The translations under genes and the position numbers were made by a program. This document shows positions 1 to 12,944 of a stretch of 64,000 nucleotides of DNA, piece after piece (the first letter of the stretch is position 1; each line of letters opens with the position of its first letter). The notes under the pieces are model-generated. The model saw nothing but the letters and a program-made list of their open reading frames with translations, searched no databases and had not been told where the DNA came from. The stretch is from Eledone cirrhosa (lineage: Eukaryota), in NCBI GenBank assembly GCA_964016885.1, contig CAXHJY010000651.1:1-64000 (forward strand), in the 5' to 3' direction.

Positions 1-118
1 TGGCTAAATGTTTATGGTATTGCGTTTACGATCGCATGATCGTGTATTCGATTTCGGGACCAAGTGACGCTTTATATATATGAGTAAAATATGTTATTCA
101 ACGTTGAACCAGTTCCTT
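1..118 (+). mobile_element. Degraded tRNA-head/CORE-type SINE 5' part
   Basis: tggctaaatgttt...ttcgatttcgggacc...gagtaaaatatgttattcaacgttg resembles the better copies at 1455 and 62589. Confidence 0.5.
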
Positions 119-582
119 TAGCTAATGAAAATGAGTTTTAACGACAAAGGTGTCGAAAAGTAACGGCGTTTTCCTTTCCCTCGGACAACATCGTATCGGG
201 TGTACATAGTGTATATATAGTGTATATATAATGTATATATAATGTATATATAGTGTATATATGGGTTGCGACGACAATGGCGCAACCTGTGTCGGCTTTT
301 GCCTTTTCCTTATACAAAATTGGTGGCGTGAAGAAGGAATAATTGCATGTATGGGCAACTGATAGTGTTCTCCAAAACACTTTGGCCAGGTTTGTGTCTT
401 GGAGTAGAATTTTCCAGATACAAACCCATGGCCAGTCATGACTGTAGGAGACATTTAAAATAACATTCACTATAAACATTTTCTCCAAACGATAAAAGGT
501 AGAATGTAATAGAACATGAAAGAATTTCCGAAATATATTGTTCAAACAGAAAATTCAAAATAATACGGAAACCAATGTCTAA

Positions 583-753
583 CTAAATACTAGAAGTGGG
601 GCATAATTCTGTTTTCCATAATGTTTGTTTTAAAAGGAAGCAATTTCCCCCTCGCACACATAAATATATATCTAGTAGTTCCACAACAGTTAGTTCACCA
701 TACTGAGAACAAATGTTTAAATGTTTCACCTTATTCGGATCCTCAGCTCGGTC

Positions 754-755
<2 letters not shown>
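583..755 (-). mobile_element. Possible Penelope-like element GIY-YIG C-terminal coding remnant
   Basis: Minus frame reads DPNKVKHLNICSQYGELTVVELLDIY...LLKQ, resembling the 'D..N.KILH....G..L..LE.LEI.....LLNEQ' tail of PLE ORFs; abuts (TA)n and an HHR-bearing palindrome. Confidence 0.4.
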
Positions 756-794
<39 letters not shown>

Positions 795-798
<4 letters not shown>

Positions 799-1133
799 GA
801 AAATCCAAAGGCAAGGTAAAATTCCAATCATTTAATCACGACACATGTTTCAATAAGAGATAGATCGATTGTGAAGCCATGATCGATTATCGCCGATCTC
901 ATCAGGTGAAAATGAATTGTCTTCAAATTCTTGATATGAGGGAGAAAAAATAACGATTCTGTGAGAGAACATCGTTATTTTTTCTCCCTCATATCAAGAA
1001 TTTGTAGACAATTCATTTTCACCTGATGAGATCGGTGATAATCGATCATGGCTTCACAATCGATCTATCTCTTATTGAAACATGTGTCGTGATTAAATGA
1101 TTGGAATTTTACCTTGCCTTCGGATTTTCATTT
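795..1133. repeat. Fold-back inverted repeat (163 bp arms, 13 nt loop), PLE pLTR-like, adjacent to (TA)n
   Basis: 795-957 is the reverse complement of 971-1133 with 3 mismatches seen. Confidence 0.95.
1018..1092 (+). ncRNA. Minimal type I hammerhead ribozyme-like motif (mirror copy on - strand in left arm)
   Basis: tcac-CTGATGA-(long stem II region)-GAAA-C-atgt-GTC-gtga; stem I tcac/gtga; closure of stem II is imperfect. Confidence 0.6.
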
Positions 1134-1277
1134 TGATACTTATACTCCGTTTTACATCATCTAGCTGTTCCCTTGAATGGAATTGGAGATATACAAAAGC
1201 GTGGAGAACTTAATATTGCTAACATAAAGTTATTGGACCTTTTTACACAACCAATAATACACCTTACTATATAACAA

Positions 1278-1379
<102 letters not shown>

Positions 1380-1454
1380 ATACATATGAACACATACTCT
1401 TTGCATGAGAAGAGATGCATGTATGCATGCACATATGTATATACGGATCTGTGA

Positions 1455-1768
1455 AGGTGCGAGGCTTAGTGGTTAGGGTGTTCGGCTCTTGATTGTAATT
1501 TCGTGAGTTCGATTTCGGGCGGTGTGCTGTGTCCTTTAATAAGACACTTTATTTCATGTTGTTCCGGTCCACTCAACTGGCCCGAATGCCTTTAATCCGA
1601 AAGACCAGCCCTGCCCTGTTCTGTGTCACACCGGATCTCCCCGAGAACTACATTAAGGGCAAGCGTGTCTGTGGAATACTCAGCCACTTTCACATTAATT
1701 TCACGAGTGGGCTGCTCCGTTGATCGTTTCAACTGGAAAATTCAGCGTCGTAACCAACGGAGTGCAAT
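1455..1768 (+). mobile_element. tRNA-derived CORE-type SINE
   Basis: A box ggcttagtgg, B box gagttcgattt, CORE-like gtgtcctttaataagacactttatttcatgttg; the 3' part recurs inverted at ~52025-52190. Confidence 0.7.
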
Positions 1769-1802
1769 TTTTTTATATACGAATGTACACACACACATAC
1801 TC

Positions 1803-1834
<32 letters not shown>

Positions 1835-1859
1835 TAATGTATATATATATGTGTATATA

Positions 1860-1920
<61 letters not shown>

Positions 1921-1932
1921 ATATATATATAT

Positions 1933-2002
<70 letters not shown>

Positions 2003-3566
2003 ATATGTATAATATATATATATGATATATGTATATATATATATGTATATATATATGTGTATATATATATATATATATATACATATATATACATATATAT
2101 ATACATATATATACATATATATATATTAAAAATACAATATCAATATTGCAAGCCAATTCTTTGATGGATAGTTCTAATAATATAACACCGATGTCTTTGT
2201 CCCAAATATAACATAAAAACAACACCAACGACAGCAACAAAAACACAAGAACAACAACAGGAAAATAACACATATATATATATATACATACATAAATATA
2301 AAGAAAAAAAAACAGCAGAGAAGATTGATTGTATGGCTATATAAAGAACTGTAAGATTGAATAATTAAAAACAAAAACAAATGGTACAAATATATGAATA
2401 AATGAACAGACAATATGTTGAGCGAAAGAACAGCGACAAAATTATTGAAAAAACAACGGCACCAGGAAGAGTGCCAACGAGAGAGCCTGCCGATTGATCT
2501 GTTGAAAATAGCAGCTAAATATTTATCTCATATTAACCATAGTCGTCTTAAAATAAGTACTTATTAGATAATATAGTCCCAGGCTTACTACATCTGAATA
2601 AAAAGATGGGATGATCATGGCTGGAACAGCTTTTTTTTTTTTTTTACTATTTAGTCTGAGAGAAAAGGGGAGTGTGACCATGGAATTTTACAGGACAGTT
2701 ATGTCTCATGGGAGAGGTGAAAAAAGGAGAAATGTATCCACTAATTTAGGGCCTTGCCACAAAATAAACTCCGCTCCAGGTCCATGTATTGGTGCAAACA
2801 GGGCGACGAAATATGTCACCCAGCCAAATAGGCCACAGCAGAATTTTAACTGAAAACGCAATAATCCAGAATATATACCAAAATTCATCTCACCCAATGC
2901 TCTGATAATTCCCTAATCCACCATTCTAGACTGGCACTTTTGTCGTCACCTAAATGATGAAAAGCAATAATTGACCTCAGTAGAATTCGAATTCAGAACG
3001 CAGAGAGCCGGAAGAAAGCATTTTCTCATTTGCTATAGCAGTTCTTGCAATTAGCCTCAAATTAGAATTCCGCTAAATCAGGGTTTTCCCGGTCCTAAAA
3101 AAGAACTATTCGTCCTTTTAACAATTGTGTCCCTTCCTAATTAAAAACGGTAGGTGAGATTTGAGAGGGAATTGGCTGCTATTTCTAACAAATCAGAGGA
3201 CCGCACGGAGGCCTTCATTCGTTAGTTCGAAGTAAATTTTGTTGTTGTTCGTTAACCCCAAGTTAAGCAGATTAATATACCTACTATGAAGAGTGATCCA
3301 GTTTTTGTGTATATCAAGAACTCAATTGTCTCATACATCCTCATTGGAGGGAGATTTAGCTACCATTTCAAGCAGGTTATGAGATCATGCAGAAACCTTT
3401 TTGTTGCTGAACACATTATCTGACTGACATACACTGATGCCAAATTAAATGAGAAACATACTTATAGGCTTGTGAAGCAGAAAGCAAATCTAAATTCATC
3501 TCCCTCTGTATTTATGTGTGCCTGTGTGTGTACGCGTGTGTGTATGTGTAAGAGAGATAGATAGAG

Positions 3567-3630
<64 letters not shown>

Positions 3631-3864
3631 GTCTAAGTGTGTGTGAATAAAACGGTTCTTTTGAGAGTAAGAACGTGAACGACAAAGGTGAAATCATGTA
3701 ATCGCCACGTTTGGTTGCGGATCAAGATCTGACTGTGATAGCAGAAAAAAAAACTGATCGTGAGATAATAACAAATAACTTTAAATATATACATATCTAT
3801 GCATATATTCATATGAAGCAGACACACACATATGCGTATGTATATATCTAAGTCTCTCTCTCTC

Positions 3865-3901
<37 letters not shown>

Positions 3902-3928
3902 GTATATATATATATATATATAAATATT

Positions 3929-3971
<43 letters not shown>

Positions 3972-4247
3972 GGGGGGGGCGGTGTGTGTGTGTGTATGTG
4001 TGTGTGTGTGTGTGCATATATTTGTGCATATATACGTGTGGGGCGTGCATGTGTGTGAAATTTGCTGAAGTATGTGAAATCATAATACTTTTGTACTTTT
4101 TGTCGAAATATTTCTCCTTTCGTCACACCATTCATCATATTTTAGATAATCATTTATTTTACACACATACACACCACATACACCAGGCATGTAGTATATA
4201 TACATATATACACACATATATATATATATACATACATATATATATAT

Positions 4248-4450
4248 ATGTAGAAGTTCTATTTAAATTGTTGGGATACAACAAGCAAATATTTTTATAA
4301 CTGATATAAAGCACTCAACAAATTATTGGAGTAAAAATACGATATATTAACAAATGGAAACTATATTTATAAAACCATATTTATTTCATTATACATATTT
4401 CAAGGACACCAAGCTAAATTATGGTGTGCTTTCATCAGATAAAATATAAT
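4248..4450 (-). mobile_element. PLE pLTR-like element with HHR motif (family A)
   Basis: Reverse complement of 4382-4447: ttttat-CTGATGA-aagcacacca...tggtgtcctt-GAAA-tatgt-ATA-atgaaa; flanks match 18232-18480 and 32865-32980. Confidence 0.7.
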
Positions 4451-4884
4451 ATAGAGCAGTTTTATAAATAAATATTGACATACCCTTAAAGAATGCGACC
4501 ATTTCTGTTGGAAGCTCCCGGATAGTGGGGTTATACTTACATACAAGCAAGTGCTCTGGCAACGTGTACATTTGCCTGTTACCTGATAAACCGTCTATAT
4601 TTTTCCTTAGCTACCGACATTGCCAAAAACTAAAGAAGAATATGTAAAATATAATATTTGAAATAAAAAAAACATCATCGACACAAAACATGCAGTTATT
4701 TTTAGAGTAGTGTGATATCCGTTATCTGAACACCGTTCTGTACAGTCTGCGTTGTCACTTACCTATATTATGTTATACAAGTCGAGCCAGCTCAAATTTA
4801 TATAACCTTCAGTGAAATTAAAAGCGACATTTATACATGTACATACTCGAATTATACGTACACACGCGAATATAGTAACACACA

Positions 4885-5207
4885 TATATAGTAATAGACT
4901 CTGCCAAACGTATATTGGTATATTAATGCATGCAATCACACATATACACACATACACACACATACATACACACATACACACACATACATACATACACACA
5001 CATATACATATTAACACACACATATACACATACACACACATACATAGATGCATACATAGACGCACACACACACACACACACATACATACATACACACATA
5101 CACACGCACACACACATACATACACGTACGCGCGCGCACGAATATAGTAAGGCTCTGGTAAACGTATATTAATGCATGCAGTCACACACACACAAATACA
5201 CACAAAT

Positions 5208-5264
<57 letters not shown>

Positions 5265-5451
5265 CGCACACTCAAACACACACATGTAATTACAGACTCT
5301 GGCAAACGTATATTAATGCGTGCAATCACACATACATACACACTCACATACACACATACATACACACAAACACAAATACACTAACAGACTAATAAACGTA
5401 TATTAATGCATGCAGTCACACATACATGCACACACACATACATAAACACAT

Positions 5452-5484
<33 letters not shown>

Positions 5485-5530
5485 CATACATACACACACA
5501 AGAATACTGTAACAGACGCTGCCAAACGCA
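4885..5530 (+). repeat. Compound satellite: ~40 bp motif repeated between (CA)n/(TA)n tracts
   Basis: gtaa.agactctgccaaacgtatattaatgcatgca.tcacac at ~4890, 5146, 5286, 5382, 5508. Confidence 0.85.
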
Positions 5531-5859
5531 CACACACACACACACACACACACAGACATACACATACACACATACCTAGATACACACATATACAGATACA
5601 TGAACACATATGCATACACACATGCATACACACACACACAAACACACAAACAGATATACACAGTCACACACTTATGTAAATGCTTATAAATATATATTGT
5701 CACATACACACATGCAAATGCATACTAATACACACACACACTTGCAAATATACACAAATAAACACATACACACACATATTCACACAAAAAACACGCATGC
5801 GCATGCGCACAAACAAGCAGGCCTTTCTCTCCTCTCACATACGAATATTATATTTTATT

Positions 5860-6048
5860 CGAACGCCATGCTTTGGCGCATTGAGTTACGGCCCTTGCCA
5901 TTCTGAGTTCAAATCCCGCCGAGGTTAACTTTGCCTTTTATCGTTACGGGGTCGATAAAATAAAGTACCAGTCACGCACTGGGGTCGATTTAATCGACTT
6001 TCCCCTCCACCGAAATTGCTGGCCTTGTGCCTATATAAGAAACCATTA
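5860..6048 (+). mobile_element. tRNA-head SINE (dominant family)
   Basis: B box gagttcaaatcc, body gaggttaactttgcc...gtcgataaaataaagtaccagt, tail gctggccttgtgcc...agaaaccatt. Confidence 0.85.
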
Positions 6049-6060
6049 TATTGTACTCTT

Positions 6061-6240
6061 TGGCAGTATCGGTAGAGGGTCGGACGCCATGCTTTGCAGC
6101 AGAGTTACCACCCTTTATGATCTGAGTTCAAATCCCGCCGAGGTTAACTTTGCCTTCCATCCTTACGGGGTCGATAACATAAAGTACCAGTAATACACTG
6201 GGATAATTGCTGGCCTTGTGCCAAAAGTAGAAACAATTAT
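6061..6240 (+). mobile_element. tRNA-head SINE (dominant family)
   Basis: A box tggcagtatcgg, B box gagttcaaatcc, same body and tail. Confidence 0.9.
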
Positions 6241-6351
6241 ATTTTACTATTTCTTATTTTTTCAGTCTCTTTCTCACTCTAATATATTCTTTCTTTCTCT
6301 CTCAATATTCTCTATTTCTCTTTCTTTACAAATCATGTTGTTGTTGTTGTT

Positions 6352-6434
<83 letters not shown>

Positions 6435-6711
6435 TGTGTGTGTGTGTGTGCGTGTGTGTGATTGCATACCTTAATATACGTTTGCCAGACTTTGTTACTG
6501 TATTCGTGTATGTATGTGTGTATGTATGTGTGTGTGTGTGTGTCTGTGTATCTGTGTGTGTGTGTGTGTACGTGTGTCTGTGTGTGTGTGTGTACGTGTG
6601 TCTGTGTGTGTGTGAGTGACTGCATGCATTTATATAGGTTTGCCAGAGTTTGTTACTGTATTCGTGTATGTGTGTGTATGTATATGTATGTGTGTATGTA
6701 TATGTATGTGT

Positions 6712-6751
<40 letters not shown>

Positions 6752-6946
6752 GTGTGTGTGTGTTAATGAGTTAGAGTTCCAACATTGATGTCGTTTTCAG
6801 CTTATAACCTCTCCAAACTTTTCAGCTTGAACCACCCAATCTGACAGTCGGACTTTCACCTCATTAATATATCCACCCACCATCTCACCACCTACCGAGT
6901 ACTACTCTGATTTACAGTCAACCCGTTTTTCACGCTACAGATACTC

Positions 6947-7032
6947 CATATCTGAAGAAGTGTCGATTAAGAGTCGGAATCCGATCGCCTGATCAAACCC
7001 GAGCTGATCGATATCGAAACAATTATAATACG
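6947..7032 (+). ncRNA. Degenerate HHR-like motif in probable PLE pLTR
   Basis: CTGAAGA-agtgtcgat...atcgatatc-GAAA-c-aatt-ata followed by aataaa. Confidence 0.45.
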
Positions 7033-7430
7033 AAATAAAGTTTCACAAAAATCTGCAATTCTTATTGTCACTCTTTATGCACACTGCAAACTAGAGCCGC
7101 CTTAAACCTGGAGCACAACCTAACGAGAGACGGACACAGTAACAGCATCGAGTGCTTCGACCTGCGTCGCCGCTATTACACACAAGTTACTCATATAATA
7201 ACCAATTAAATATATATATATATATAGAGAGAGAGAGATATATATATATATATATATATATAGTAATAATAATAATATTTATACTTATATATGTTTAATA
7301 TACAATTATAAATATGGAGGCTATTACCAAGTACTAGCCAGTTACAGTGTCTATGACACTGGAAACAGTTAAGTATCTACCTAAATGTTCGGTAGACTAG
7401 GATTTTAATCACCTATTTAAAGATCTTCTA

Positions 7431-7477
7431 TGCTCCGATGAATCCAGACATCACTCTGGAAGAAACAATTGTCAGCA
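7431..7477 (+). ncRNA. Minimal type I HHR motif (CCGATGA core variant)
   Basis: tgct-CCGATGA-a-tccaga-catcac-tctgga-a-GAAA-C-aatt-GTC-agca; stems I and II pair. Confidence 0.65.
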
Positions 7478-7538
7478 AATAAATGTGTTAAACTAAGATT
7501 TGATTGCTTTAATATTTTGTTTGTATATATATATAAGG

Positions 7539-7593
<55 letters not shown>

Positions 7594-7598
<5 letters not shown>

Positions 7599-7730
7599 TT
7601 TGGTTGGATTTCAATGAATGAGTTGTTTCATAATCTTTGCTGAAAAAGGTATATATCCTCCTTTATGAGAAGCTACATGTGCGAACAACAAAACCAATTT
7701 TCGGCCTTGAAATTCAACTAAAACCATGTA

Positions 7731-7732
<2 letters not shown>
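7594..7732 (+). mobile_element. Possible PLE GIY-YIG C-terminal remnant between (TA)n tracts
   Basis: ILLYEKLHVRTTKPIF resembles the 'L.I.ES..I....P.LN' end of PLE ORFs. Confidence 0.35.
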
Positions 7733-7795
<63 letters not shown>

Positions 7796-7799
<4 letters not shown>

Positions 7800-8249
7800 T
7801 AATAAAAATAATGAATAAACAAAGAAACAGTTCCTTATATTAAAAAATTCATCATTTTACGATCGTTTCTAGGATATATATGTTAGTGTTGGTATTCAGA
7901 AGGAAAATACATACCTACACATATATATGCTGTCTTCATTCTGAAGACAGCATATATATGTGTAGATATGTATATTCCTTCTGATAGTTTGTAAAAATTT
8001 TACATAGATCTATATGATATGCATACCAACACTAACATATATATCCTAGAAACGATCGTAAAATGATGAATTTTTTAATATAAGGAACTGTTTCTTTGTT
8101 TATTCATTATTTTTATTGATTTATCTTGACTCTGTTTTCCTGTATTTTTCATCGAAAACAATTTTTGAATACATCTTCTCTTTTCATGATATTCGGATTA
8201 CATTGAGTTCTTCATACGGATTGGAAAGTAGCGTATATTTTGGTAGATT

Positions 8250-8256
<7 letters not shown>
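7796..8256 (+). mobile_element. PLE-like fold-back element with HHR motif; its tail recurs at 18655-18848
   Basis: 7796-7938 is inverted relative to 7942-8122 (left arm has an internal deletion); tcatt-CTGAAGA...GAAA-C-gatc-GTA-aaatga. Confidence 0.75.
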
Positions 8257-8331
<75 letters not shown>

Positions 8332-8499
8332 ATAAAAGTAAGCAAGGACGCAGTCAATGTGTCACCATAAATGAACTTTATTGCTGATGACAATTGTTTC
8401 GCAACAGTATTTAATACGATAACCGACAAACCGCCTGTAACCATAGTTACACACATATGTATGTATATATATATATATATATATATGTTTATGTTTATG

Positions 8500-9104
8500 T
8501 CAGGTCACCAGTTGGTGCTACTGGTAACATGTATCCCAGTACAACCTGACCCATGGTCGGGTCGTTGGCGACTAAACTGGCAACCCCACCAAGGTTTCTT
8601 GGTGAGGAGGGTGACTTTGGACATCCTGCAGGACTAAAAACAAAACCTGTCAGAGGGCAAAGGAGCTCTTAAGAGTCAATGGCCATCCAAAATCACCGGG
8701 AGAGATGACCCCTTAGCCTTTGTCAAGGCAGAATTCTAGGAGAAGGAAAACTCTGATATAACACCTGCAACCCTGATGGTATCCAATGATGTTGACTTGT
8801 TCTTCTTTTTGGTAAATATCATCTTGGTTAAGAGAGTGGGACTGGCTTTGTGCAGTGCCTTTGCTCACTATAAAAGCTTCACGGCACAGGCATTGCTTTA
8901 TATCTGGAGATCTCTCTGCACTTGTCGTCACAGGGTACCATGGGCCCAGCACTATGTGTCAATATTTGTCACAAGTGTAGTGTTTGTACCAGAGTTTTCA
9001 AGTCGCTGGCTGGACTAAAAAGTCACTCGTTCAGCGCATCGGTAGGGGTTCTCCTATATGGATATAAAGTAGTGGCCGTACTCGAAAACGAGTTGGCAGC
9101 CACC
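8500..9104 (+). mobile_element. RTE-derived short element (5' UTR-like part joined to 3' terminal zinc-finger remnant)
   Basis: ctaggagaaggaaaactctgat is an RTE/BovB-type 5' UTR motif; 3' part encodes CSVCTRVFKSLAGLKSH, the C2H2-like end of RTE ORFs. Confidence 0.6.
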
Positions 9105-9305
9105 ATATATATATGTGTGTGTGTGTGAGTGTGTGTGTATTAGCTTTCACAGTATTTTTTAACTGGTCAATACTCATCTTTTTCCATTTCTCAGAGGGTT
9201 TTAAACTCTACTATCAGGCTAAAATTTCTTTAGTCAAAAAATACGGCGAAAGCTTCTATTTCTAATTTCAAACTCGCTCGCTGTTTCAAAACATACTTAC
9301 TTGTC

Positions 9306-9404
<99 letters not shown>

Positions 9405-9734
9405 GTGTGTGTGTGTGTGTGTGTGTGTGTCTGTGTGTGTGTTTACATATGGATAGCTCTTTCTTTCGTTATATGAAATTATACTGAATTTACTATATTT
9501 AGCTTCTAATTTTGACTCAATGGTTAGAGCACTTAGCTGATATCTGAAAGATATGGAGTACGATTCTTTAGAAAATCCGTTGACCCCTTATTTTCCCGTC
9601 AATAAGGGGTATTTTCTCCATCTTCTAAGCTATTTATAGCAACAACTGTATTTAGAGTTATTTTTCTCCGTCTTAGTTTCCTATATGAATTTCCTAGAAT
9701 TTCTATGGACCACATAATCTCCCAGCATTTCGAA

Positions 9735-10040
9735 AGTTGGCATTTGTACCAAGAAGTTTCCGCTCCGAAGCACAAGGAGATGGAAGGTGTTTTCGTGGAA
9801 GATCAGCAAGTGCTCACGCATGCCAGTCTCCTTTCTCCATACCACCGTTGTTGTCCAAGGGAAAGGCAAGAGCCGATACAGCTTGGCACCAGTCAAATCG
9901 CAAATCATTTCTTTAGTTGAGTGAACTAAAGCAACGTGAAATAAAGTCTTACTCAAGGACGCAGTGCACCGCCAGCTTCGGGAATCGAACTCACAGCCTC
10001 ATGATTATGAATCCAATGCTCTAACTACTAAGCTACGAAC
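9735..10040 (-). mobile_element. CORE-type SINE with a distinct 3' tail
   Basis: Reverse strand has tagcttagtagttagagc, gagttcgattccc, gtccttgagtaagactttatttcacgttgc; tail-like pieces recur at ~255-400 and ~50075-50180. Confidence 0.7.
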
Positions 10041-10919
10041 CTATAAATACATACACACTCACTCATACACAAGCACACACTCACGCACACCCACTCACAA
10101 AACAAACAAACATACACTCATATATATTCGACGGGCTTCTGTACAATTTCTGTCTACTAAACTTCATTCACAAAGCATAGGTCAATCCATTAAAAAAGAA
10201 TGGTTTGGCCCTTTTGAGGGTTTTCAATGTCAGCTATTTCCTTTAACTCAATTCTGTTGTTCTTGTTTTGTTGTTGTTTTTATCACGCACATACATACAC
10301 AGTCATATGTAGAGGTGGGAAGGAAAGAGAAAGAAGGGAAGGAATGAAAGAGAGAGACACAGAGAGAAATAGAGGGCTTGTGTGAGAGAGAGAAAGTAAG
10401 TGAGAGAGAGTGAGTGAGAAAGAGAGTGAGAGAGAGAAAGGGAGAAAGAGAGAGAAAGAGAGAAAGAGAGAGTGGGAGAGAGAGAGAGAGAGTGTGTGTG
10501 TGAGAGAGAATCATATACTGTAGTTTTTTTTAAAGCACACGCTAGGAGGTTGTGATCGCATCAAATTCTAATTGTAGCGAAGTTACTGTCAACACAGAGT
10601 TCCTTTGTCACGTTGTTGTCATTGTTGTTGTTATTGCCATTTTTTTTTTTCATTTGTGCTTTTGTTTTTGTTGTTGTTGTTGTTGTTTGAAGGGAGTTTA
10701 CTTGCTTCTTTACTTTTTTCTTTTTCCTTTTTATTATTTATTTTTATTTATTTATTTGTTTGTTTGTTTGTTTATTGTTCTCTGGTTGTTCTAATATTTA
10801 AAAGTGACTTGTGTGAAATGGAGATGGATGGATTACTGAAACGGAACACTGACTTTTCAACAACATTAAGAAGACTAACACTAATAAAACAACACAAACA
10901 ACACAAACACTGAGACACA

Positions 10920-11620
10920 AACACCAGTAACAACCACCGCAACCGCTAAAAATACCACCACCACCACCACCACCACCACTACTACCACCGCCACCATCAT
11001 CATTATGACCGCCACCACCAATACAACCGCCATCTTCACCACCACCACCACCACTACCACCACCACCATTATCATTATCACCGCCACCACCACCACCACC
11101 ACCACTACCACCACCACCATTATCATTATGACCGCCACCACCACCACACCACCACCACTACCACTACCACCACCATTATCATTATGACCGCCACCACCAA
11201 TACAACCGCCATCTTCAACACCACCGCCGCCACAACCACTACTACAACTCCCACCACCACCACCACTATCATTATCACCACCACCACCACCACCACCACC
11301 ACCACCACCACCACCACCACCACCAATACAACCACCATCTTCAACACCACCGCCGCCACAACCACCACCACAACCACCACCACCACTACCATTATCACCA
11401 CATCCACCGCCACCACCAATAGAACCGCCATCTTCAACACCACCACTGCAACCAACACCACCACCAACCCCTACCACAACCAATACCACCGACAGTTCTA
11501 CTTCAACCAATCACCGTCACCGCCATGGCAGCCATCACTACCACCTCCATCATCACAACCAACCAGCCACTACCAGTACTCCAACAACCACCACAAGCCA
11601 ATAACAACCATCGCCACCAT
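10920..11620. repeat. (ACC)n-rich low-complexity/minisatellite block
   Basis: Repeated attatgaccgccaccaccaatacaaccgccatcttc motifs among ACC triplets. Confidence 0.9.
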
Positions 11621-11639
11621 CATTAGCTTCAATAACCAT

Positions 11640-11860
11640 TCAACGGGAGTAACCGCTACATGGTCTCTCGGCCTGCTAGAAATAGTTGCTAAATTTACTT
11701 CGTATGGTACCCTACCGTTTTAAATAAGAAGAGGACACATTGCATAATGTACTCCTAGGTATAGTATACCCCTTTAAAAGACGGGATAGTCACGGCTGGA
11801 ATACTTTTGGTCATAGGTCTGCTTAATCAGGCTCGACTATTTGCTGAAACAACAACATAA
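11640..11860 (+). mobile_element. Interspersed repeat (third family, SINE-tail-like)
   Basis: cctgctagaaatag..gctaaat...aaaagacgggat.gtca.ggctggaa...tcataggtctgct; related pieces at ~2490-2630, 3150-3400(-), 13575-13635(-), 53855-53915, 58625-58850. Confidence 0.6.
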
Positions 11861-11909
11861 AAGCAGTAACAACAGTAGAAATAACATAAGGGTAGCCATT
11901 ACTACGATT

Positions 11910-12060
11910 ATAATGACCCCCAGTACTTGCATGATACTTTATTTATCGACACCGGAAGTATAAGAGGCAAAGGTGACCTCAGCGGGATTTGAGCACCGTA
12001 ACTAAATACAGCAAGATATTTTGTCCGATGCTCTACCGATTCTACCAATCCACCGCCCTT
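11910..12060 (-). mobile_element. tRNA-head SINE (dominant family), diverged
   Basis: actttatttatcgac...ggcaaaggtgacctcagcgggatttga...ctaccgattctaccaatccaccgccc. Confidence 0.8.
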
Positions 12061-12124
12061 AGCCAGTAATAAAGTGAAGAACAACATCAGCAACAACAAC
12101 ATTAACAAGTAAAGATAATAAGAA

Positions 12125-12310
12125 CAACAGCAACAATAGCAGTAGCAATAATAACAACAACAATAGCAGCAGCAACAACAGTAACAATAGCAGTAGCAAT
12201 AATAACAACAAAAATAGCAGCAGCAACAACAGTAACAATAGCAGTAACAATAATAACAACAACAATAGCAGCAGCAACAACAGTAACAATAGCAGTAGCA
12301 ATAATAACAA
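12125..12310. repeat. 51 bp minisatellite built from AAC/AGC/AGT triplets
   Basis: gtaacaatagcag recurs at 12181, 12232, 12283. Confidence 0.85.
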
Positions 12311-12482
12311 CAACAACAACACTAATAGCAGCGATGATAATAATAACACTAGCAATAACAATTACCAAAAATGGCGTTTGTCTCCATCGAAAGCAGTTAA
12401 CGACAAGTCAAATAAGACGTGGTTGACTGAAGAAATAAATGAATTGTGACTAGACACACACACACGTATATATATATATATG

Positions 12483-12561
<79 letters not shown>

Positions 12562-12702
12562 CTTTAATAGTATGACATACATAGACAAAAATTTATGTAT
12601 GCGACCGCATACATGAGTGTATTTCTCACCCTCCATCTTCACTCTCTCTTTCTCTCTGTACATACACACACATATACATATATATTATGTGTGGGAGTGT
12701 GA

Positions 12703-12785
<83 letters not shown>

Positions 12786-12862
12786 ATATATAGAAATGGC
12801 TTCTGCAGGACTAGAACTGTTTCATTCGGGAGAAATCATCCCGAATGAACCCGGGATAAACT

Positions 12863-12908
<46 letters not shown>

Positions 12909-12944
12909 GGACACTAACACAGTGTACTTCAGTCTAAATTTCTA

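Noticed and set aside
6061-6140. tRNA genes at SINE heads
   Set aside because: A/B boxes run into a shared SINE body and tail; no convincing cloverleaf or poly-T terminator
8922-9030. C2H2 zinc-finger gene exon
   Set aside because: Single finger at the position and with the pattern of an RTE ORF terminus
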